Of a DNA stretch of 64,000 nt, positions 59,491-64,000 are shown piece by piece. A program made the translations under genes and the position numbers. Position 1 is the stretch's first letter. Every line of letters starts with the position of its first letter. Source of the stretch: a virus; the IMG/VR virus record IMGVR_UViG_3300036791_000462, positions 43,111-107,110 of that record; one strand, given 5' to 3'. The notes beneath the pieces were generated by a model. It was not told the origin of the DNA. It saw only the letters and a list, made by a program, of their open reading frames with translations, and made no database searches.

Positions 59491-60186
59491 TCAGGTCGAT
59501 AGCTTCGCTTCGAGTTCGTTGGCTTTGGCGAGGAACTGTGGGATTTCCTCGGGGCGGCGTCCGTTGGTGCTGCGGAGTTTGATTATCAGTTCTCGTGTGT
59601 CCTGGTCGCCGCGCATGAGGTCGCACGATGCCAGGATCTCCTCGGCCCAGCTTTTCATTGAGAGGACTTCTTCGTACACCGTCACCAACTCGTCGGCCGG
59701 TACGTGCTTCCAGAAGATCATCCCGTCGGCGCACATACGCCTCAGCAGCCCGGCAAGTTCAACGACCCGGCGGCGAGCTTCGATCCAGCGGCTTTGTGAC
59801 TTTGTGCCGAGTGCGTTTTCGATCCGGCGGTATTCGGCGATTCGGCCCGCTTCGCCCTCCAGCGGCCTGCCAAGCTGGTGGCGGTGTTTTGCGGTTTTCT
59901 CGCGTTTGTAGCGGGCAGCTTGCGGTGCGATCTGGCTGTCAGGGGTGATCTCGTAGATGCGAGCCAGGTGTTGCTGTTTGCGGGAGCGGATCAGCCCTTC
60001 GGCTTCTAGTTCGATCCGGGGTTTGGTGGGATAGTCGGCGCGGCTCCATTTCCACCGCCGCCCGTCGGCCAGCACACGGTCCTGTTGAAAGAACTTCGTC
60101 ACCTGCGGCCCGGTTTCCTCCAGCACGGCGTACATCAGCCGTGCCTCGTATGAGACTTGGCCCAGGGCCTGCTCTTTGGTGGTCAT
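59491..60186 (-). CDS. Hypothetical protein
   Basis: 231 aa with GAAAGGA RBS. Confidence 0.6.
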   Translation of the reverse strand: MTTKEQALGQVSYEARLMYAVLEETGPQVTKFFQQDRVLADGRRWKWSRADYPTKPRIELEAEGLIRSRKQQHLARIYEITPDSQIAPQAARYKREKTAKHRHQLGRPLEGEAGRIAEYRRIENALGTKSQSRWIEARRRVVELAGLLRRMCADGMIFWKHVPADELVTVYEEVLSMKSWAEEILASCDLMRGDQDTRELIIKLRSTNGRRPEEIPQFLAKANELEAKLST

Positions 60187-60248
60187 CGTTTCCTTTCAGC
60201 CCAGGGGAACGGGCGGCCACGTGGCCGCCCGTTCCTCGGAGCTACTTG

Positions 60249-60977
60249 CTATTCGCCGTTGCCGTTGGCGTCGGCGGGGGCGCGGAACTTGAACGCTCCC
60301 TCTGCCTTGTCTTGGGCGGTCTTCATGGCCTTGCTGAGTTCCCGGTTTGCGGGGGCCTTCAGCGCCGGTACCTGCTTGGCCCACAGGCCGATCTTCTCGC
60401 CGGTCGCACCGGCGAGACGACCGATCTTGTCGAGTTCCGGCCGGACGGCATCCTGCCGGATGTACTTTTCTTCGGCAGTCAGATAGACCAGGGTCTTGGT
60501 CTTGACGAGCATCGTGCCGTCTTCCCGTTCAGCGATGGTGCGCTGGAGCGGGCCGCCGGGGTTCATGTCGAACGCTTTCCAGACCTTCGTGCGTGCAGCT
60601 TCCCACGCATCGCGTTCTGCCCCGTCGAGGGCGTCCCAGGCGTTTTCGTCGTCTGGGGTAGCCATGCCGTCGATAACGGCTCCGGTGACCTCGTCGCGGT
60701 CGGCGGAGCCGTCGTGCGTGTTCTTGTCCACCACGAGGTCATGCTGGTCAACCTGGTCAAGGACGCGGTCGCGGATCGCGTCGAGATCGAGATTCTCGAC
60801 AATCCCCCCGTTCTTGTCCCTGCTGAGCTTGGTCAAGCCACGCTCACGGAACAGCCGACGGCTGTTGATCTCAATCAGCCCGCTACTGGAACTGTTGAGT
60901 TTGACGGAAGTCTCATACGACTCCGCCGCTGATTTTGCGTCCTCCTCGGTGAACGCATCGGTCGCTGTAGCAACCAT
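60249..60977 (-). CDS. Hypothetical protein
   Basis: 242 aa with GGAAGGAG RBS. Confidence 0.6.
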   Translation of the reverse strand: MVATATDAFTEEDAKSAAESYETSVKLNSSSSGLIEINSRRLFRERGLTKLSRDKNGGIVENLDLDAIRDRVLDQVDQHDLVVDKNTHDGSADRDEVTGAVIDGMATPDDENAWDALDGAERDAWEAARTKVWKAFDMNPGGPLQRTIAEREDGTMLVKTKTLVYLTAEEKYIRQDAVRPELDKIGRLAGATGEKIGLWAKQVPALKAPANRELSKAMKTAQDKAEGAFKFRAPADANGNGE

Positions 60978-61167
60978 TTTGGACTGCTCCTTCCTCCCGT
61001 GCCGAAATCCCGGTAGGGGATAGACGGTCGGGGGTCCGGGGTTTACGACGGGGAAGCTAGCGAGTCCGGTTCACGATGTCAAGGGGTCGGTCGTGAAGGG
61101 GTACCAGAGGTTATCGTAGGTCATCCTCGGGTATCTAATGTCACCTCAGTTAGCTACCATCCGAATC

Positions 61168-61407
61168 ATGCCGAACGTCACCGAAACCGCTCTCGTAGGA
61201 GTCGCCGAAGCTGCCGAGATCCTTGGCGTGTCCCGTGCGCTCGTGGGCCGCTGGCACCGCACGGGGACGGTGGCACTCGCCGACGGACGGCGGGTGCTGT
61301 TCCCCAAGCCGGTCGCTCAGCTTCGGGCTACGCCCGTCTGGCGGCAGGCGGACATCGAGCGGCTGCGTGATGCGCGCAACGCCCCGGCCGACATCAGGCC
61401 GGTTTAG
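61168..61407 (+). CDS. Excisionase/AlpA-like HTH regulator (paralog of 54929..55258)
   Basis: LVGVAEAAEILGV....VGRW...FPKPVAQLRATPVW...DIE. Confidence 0.75.
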   Translation: MPNVTETALVGVAEAAEILGVSRALVGRWHRTGTVALADGRRVLFPKPVAQLRATPVWRQADIERLRDARNAPADIRPV

Positions 61408-62411
61408 AGCCCGTTGCGGATCTCGCGGACCTTGGTCACCAGCGCTTCGGCGTCGGCCTGTTCGCCCTCCCGCCGCTGCTCCAGCACCTTCTCGTCGGCG
61501 AACTCCATGACGGCGTCGATCACGATCTGGGCCAGCACGTCGGGTGGTAGCGCCTCAAGCTGGGCGGTGTCACCCGAGCCGCCCGCCGCGATCTGCTCGG
61601 CCTGCCAGCGCAGTCGTTTGGTGCGCTCGCCGCGCATGCGCAGCGTGTCGGACGGGATGTGCAGCAGTTGCTCGATCACGTTGTGGTCGATGATCTGGTC
61701 GATGGTCAGCGCCAGCCGCACGGGCTGGAACAGCCCGAGCCACTCCGTTACCTGCTCTGTCGTCGGCTCCTCGCTCGCGCGTCTCGCTGCGCGCACTCGA
61801 TCCTGCGCGGCGAACATCTGCGCGTCTTCGGCCAGCGACTGGTAGATGACCGTCCCGTTCGGGTCGTTGTCGCCGACGTGGAGCATCACCGTCGGCTTGT
61901 TCTCGGCACGCGAGGCGTCGGCGAGCGCTTTGACGACGGTCAGGCTGGTTTGCCCGCCGCCGGAATGCACTGTGCAGGGGAGGTCGCCGAGCGCGCGTTG
62001 AAGCTGGGGCTTTGTGCCTGCCGCTTCGGTCCAGACGATGATCCGGTAGGGCTGGCCCTCCGCTCTGTGGCGGCGGTGGTTTCCGGCGCGCTTTTCGGTG
62101 AGCGTCCAGAAGTCGCCTTGGCGGATCTCTACGTCCGTGCGCGGCACGGCCAGACCTTCTACGTCGGCGTCGGTGATGCTCTCGAAGGGGATCAACTCCG
62201 CACGTCTTGCGTTCGCGATGTGTCCCACCAGGCTGTCGTAGGCCGCGTCCGATTTGCCGATCACGCCTTTGCCAATCAGCCGGTAGAAGATCTGCCGAAC
62301 AGTCAGCGGAAGGTAGTTCTCGTACTCGTCCAGGACTGCCTCGACGTGGGCGAGTAGCTGCAGCGTTTCAGGCTTGAATCGGTGATCGGGCTTGTAGCCG
62401 CGCACACTCAT
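61404..62411 (-). CDS. TOPRIM-domain protein (TopoVI-A/JetD-like)
   Basis: LTVRQIFYRL, IVWTE, HVGDNDPNG (DxD), RLALT, QLEALPP. Confidence 0.75.
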   Translation of the reverse strand: MSVRGYKPDHRFKPETLQLLAHVEAVLDEYENYLPLTVRQIFYRLIGKGVIGKSDAAYDSLVGHIANARRAELIPFESITDADVEGLAVPRTDVEIRQGDFWTLTEKRAGNHRRHRAEGQPYRIIVWTEAAGTKPQLQRALGDLPCTVHSGGGQTSLTVVKALADASRAENKPTVMLHVGDNDPNGTVIYQSLAEDAQMFAAQDRVRAARRASEEPTTEQVTEWLGLFQPVRLALTIDQIIDHNVIEQLLHIPSDTLRMRGERTKRLRWQAEQIAAGGSGDTAQLEALPPDVLAQIVIDAVMEFADEKVLEQRREGEQADAEALVTKVREIRNGL

Positions 62412-62420
62412 AGACTTCGT

Positions 62421-62490
62421 CTCCTCGGTCGGTTGTCCCCTCAGGGTAACACGAGACGTGTGCTATGCTCAGGCAAATTGACCGAGGAGG
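62421..62490. promoter_or_regulatory. Divergent cassette (palindrome 62447-62465)
   Basis: TAACACGA-GAC-GTGTGCTA; -10 on both arms; GACCGAGGAG on both strands. Confidence 0.8.
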
Positions 62491-62494
62491 AGTG

Positions 62495-62872
62495 ATGCCC
62501 ACCGAGAAGATCGCGTGCGCTCGGTGCCATAGGGTGCTGGCGTTCGAAGTACAAGTCGAGGATCGGGAGTACGACGGCGACTCGCCAGAGGATGTGTTGG
62601 TGCGTCTTCCGGAGGGTGTGCTGTCCGCAGTCTGCATCGGTTGCACGACTACGCGCGAGGCGCATCAGCACCTGATGGAACTAGCCTCGCAGATGCTCAC
62701 AATCAACGAGAGCTATATCGAGGAGATCGAGGGAGTTGGCACGGTCATGCCAGCGCTGCTCGATGATCCGCAGGTGAAGGCCGGTCTGGCGCAAGCACGA
62801 CAGCGAGCACTGGAGGCCCGTGCCCAGCTTCAGGCACTGAGCGAACTTGAACACGAGATCGAGGGCGAGTGA
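62495..62872 (+). CDS. Zn-binding hypothetical protein
   Basis: CARC...CIGC after the cassette RBS. Confidence 0.55.
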   Translation: MPTEKIACARCHRVLAFEVQVEDREYDGDSPEDVLVRLPEGVLSAVCIGCTTTREAHQHLMELASQMLTINESYIEEIEGVGTVMPALLDDPQVKAGLAQARQRALEARAQLQALSELEHEIEGE

Positions 62873-63141
62873 GCAGCGACTACCTACAGCGCTATCCCAG
62901 CCCGTACGGCACGGGCATCGGCGACATCTGGAGCGCCGAGGAATCGGAGATAGGACGACGGATCAAGAACAAGCACGGCGGCGTCCTAATCCACGAGGTG
63001 TTCAAAAGCGACAACGGCAAACCCGAGGAGCGCATCTACTGGGTCGAGGAAAACAACCCGGACCCGGCGATGCAGAAGTTGATCGCGCGGGCTCGCGCAG
63101 GCACGCCGCTGTGGGTCGAAGCTCAGGCGAGGCGAAACTGA
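62869..63141 (+). CDS. Hypothetical protein
   Basis: GTGA overlap. Confidence 0.5.
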   Translation: MSSDYLQRYPSPYGTGIGDIWSAEESEIGRRIKNKHGGVLIHEVFKSDNGKPEERIYWVEENNPDPAMQKLIARARAGTPLWVEAQARRN

Positions 63142-63356
63142 TGAGTCGGCGTTATCCAGAGGGCGGAGTAGCAACCGCGACCTGCTCAACCGGTAAGCGG
63201 CGCTACCGGACGCAGGACAGCGCGGAGAACGTTTTGCGAAGCATGGCGCGCGGCAAGAAGTGGATCCGCCGTGCGGTGCACGGGCATCACGAACTTCGCG
63301 CGTACCGCTGCCCGCGTTGCGACGGCTGGCATCTCACCTCTCAGGTGAAGCGGTGA
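63141..63356 (+). CDS. Small Zn-finger protein
   Basis: GKRRY......YRCPRCDGWHLT. Confidence 0.55.
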   Translation: MSRRYPEGGVATATCSTGKRRYRTQDSAENVLRSMARGKKWIRRAVHGHHELRAYRCPRCDGWHLTSQVKR

Positions 63357-63889
63357 TGGCCTACCTCGACCGGTTCATCCCCAAAGCCCGCGAGGTCATA
63401 GCTCGCAGCGACACGCGGATGGATCCCAGCGTCGTGGCGCACATGGATCAGACGATGGCTCGCAACGACGCGGTGGCCCGCGAGGTCGGGAAGCTGATCG
63501 GCACCGAACCGATGAAACAGCCGCAGCTTCGAGCGCAGGCGCTGATGATGGCAATCGGCGAAGCCGCCGAGCGTCTGCAACCCAAACCGTGCCCGCACTT
63601 CGATTACAGCGTCCCACCGTTCGAGCAGGACATTCACATCCACCTGTCGTTCGGAACAGCGGCGTGCCACGACTGCCTCGGGGAGTTCATCGAAGCTCAC
63701 GTCGCCAAGCACGGGCTGACGCCGGTCAGCGGACCGGACGACCGCTGCGACCTGTGCGACGCGCCGTCCACCGACTTTCGGGAGATCGGCACGCAGTGGG
63801 GTGTCGCTCGCGTGTCGATGAACGTGTGCGACGAGTGCTACGACTGGCTGAATCCGACGGACTACATCCAACGCTTCCCCTCCCAATGA
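63356..63889 (+). CDS. Cys-rich hypothetical protein
   Basis: CPH..CHDC..CDLC..CDEC. Confidence 0.5.
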   Translation: MAYLDRFIPKAREVIARSDTRMDPSVVAHMDQTMARNDAVAREVGKLIGTEPMKQPQLRAQALMMAIGEAAERLQPKPCPHFDYSVPPFEQDIHIHLSFGTAACHDCLGEFIEAHVAKHGLTPVSGPDDRCDLCDAPSTDFREIGTQWGVARVSMNVCDECYDWLNPTDYIQRFPSQ

Positions 63890-64000
63890 CCATTCCGATG
63901 CAAGATTCCAGAGCAGGGGTGGCCTATGGCCCACTGGGGGTCACAGGAGCTTGCAGAACATTCCGCCGCTGAGTTCCGAGGCAGGTTTCGCAGGCCCGGT

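Noticed and set aside
1-64000. Major capsid, prohead protease, tail, integrase, polymerase or reverse transcriptase/DGR genes
   Set aside because: No recognisable motifs; presumably outside this window.

Overview
High-GC (about 68-70% by eye) segment of a large tailed phage or prophage, probably of an actinobacterium. Almost all genes are on the minus strand. Recognisable head-module genes are TerS, TerL, HNH, portal and a MuF-like protein. Also present are two endolysins plus a holin candidate, SSB, RusA, a Mom-like protein, a TOPRIM protein, GT2-TPR, HAD and HD-like enzymes, tRNA-Glu(CTC), and dozens of small hypothetical genes. I did not recognise a capsid, tail, integrase or polymerase gene. 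Two systems stand out. (1) Six otherwise unrelated enzyme or toxin genes share one tag peptide, [LI]xE-xx[WF]-x4-HPRGRGG[KE]WI (exact in five, variant in the HicA). The cargo is zeta kinase + RelA/SpoT-like NTase, HicA, zincin, 2H phosphoesterase + HhH-like, GNAT + ADP-ribosyltransferase, and MuF + cytidylate kinase + zincin. This looks like a capsid-packaging/maturation tag for a modular arsenal of virion-delivered effectors. (2) A roughly 50-60 bp regulatory cassette occurs at least 15 times: 19-bp palindrome TA[AG]C[AG]CAC-N3-GTGYGYTA, extended -10, leader hairpin and CGACCGAGGAG. It heads blocks of small genes, works as a divergent promoter at strand switches, and in 8 cases begins exactly at the stop codon of the upstream gene. 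There are also several candidate structured ncRNAs. All domain calls come from motif recognition by eye, not from database searches.
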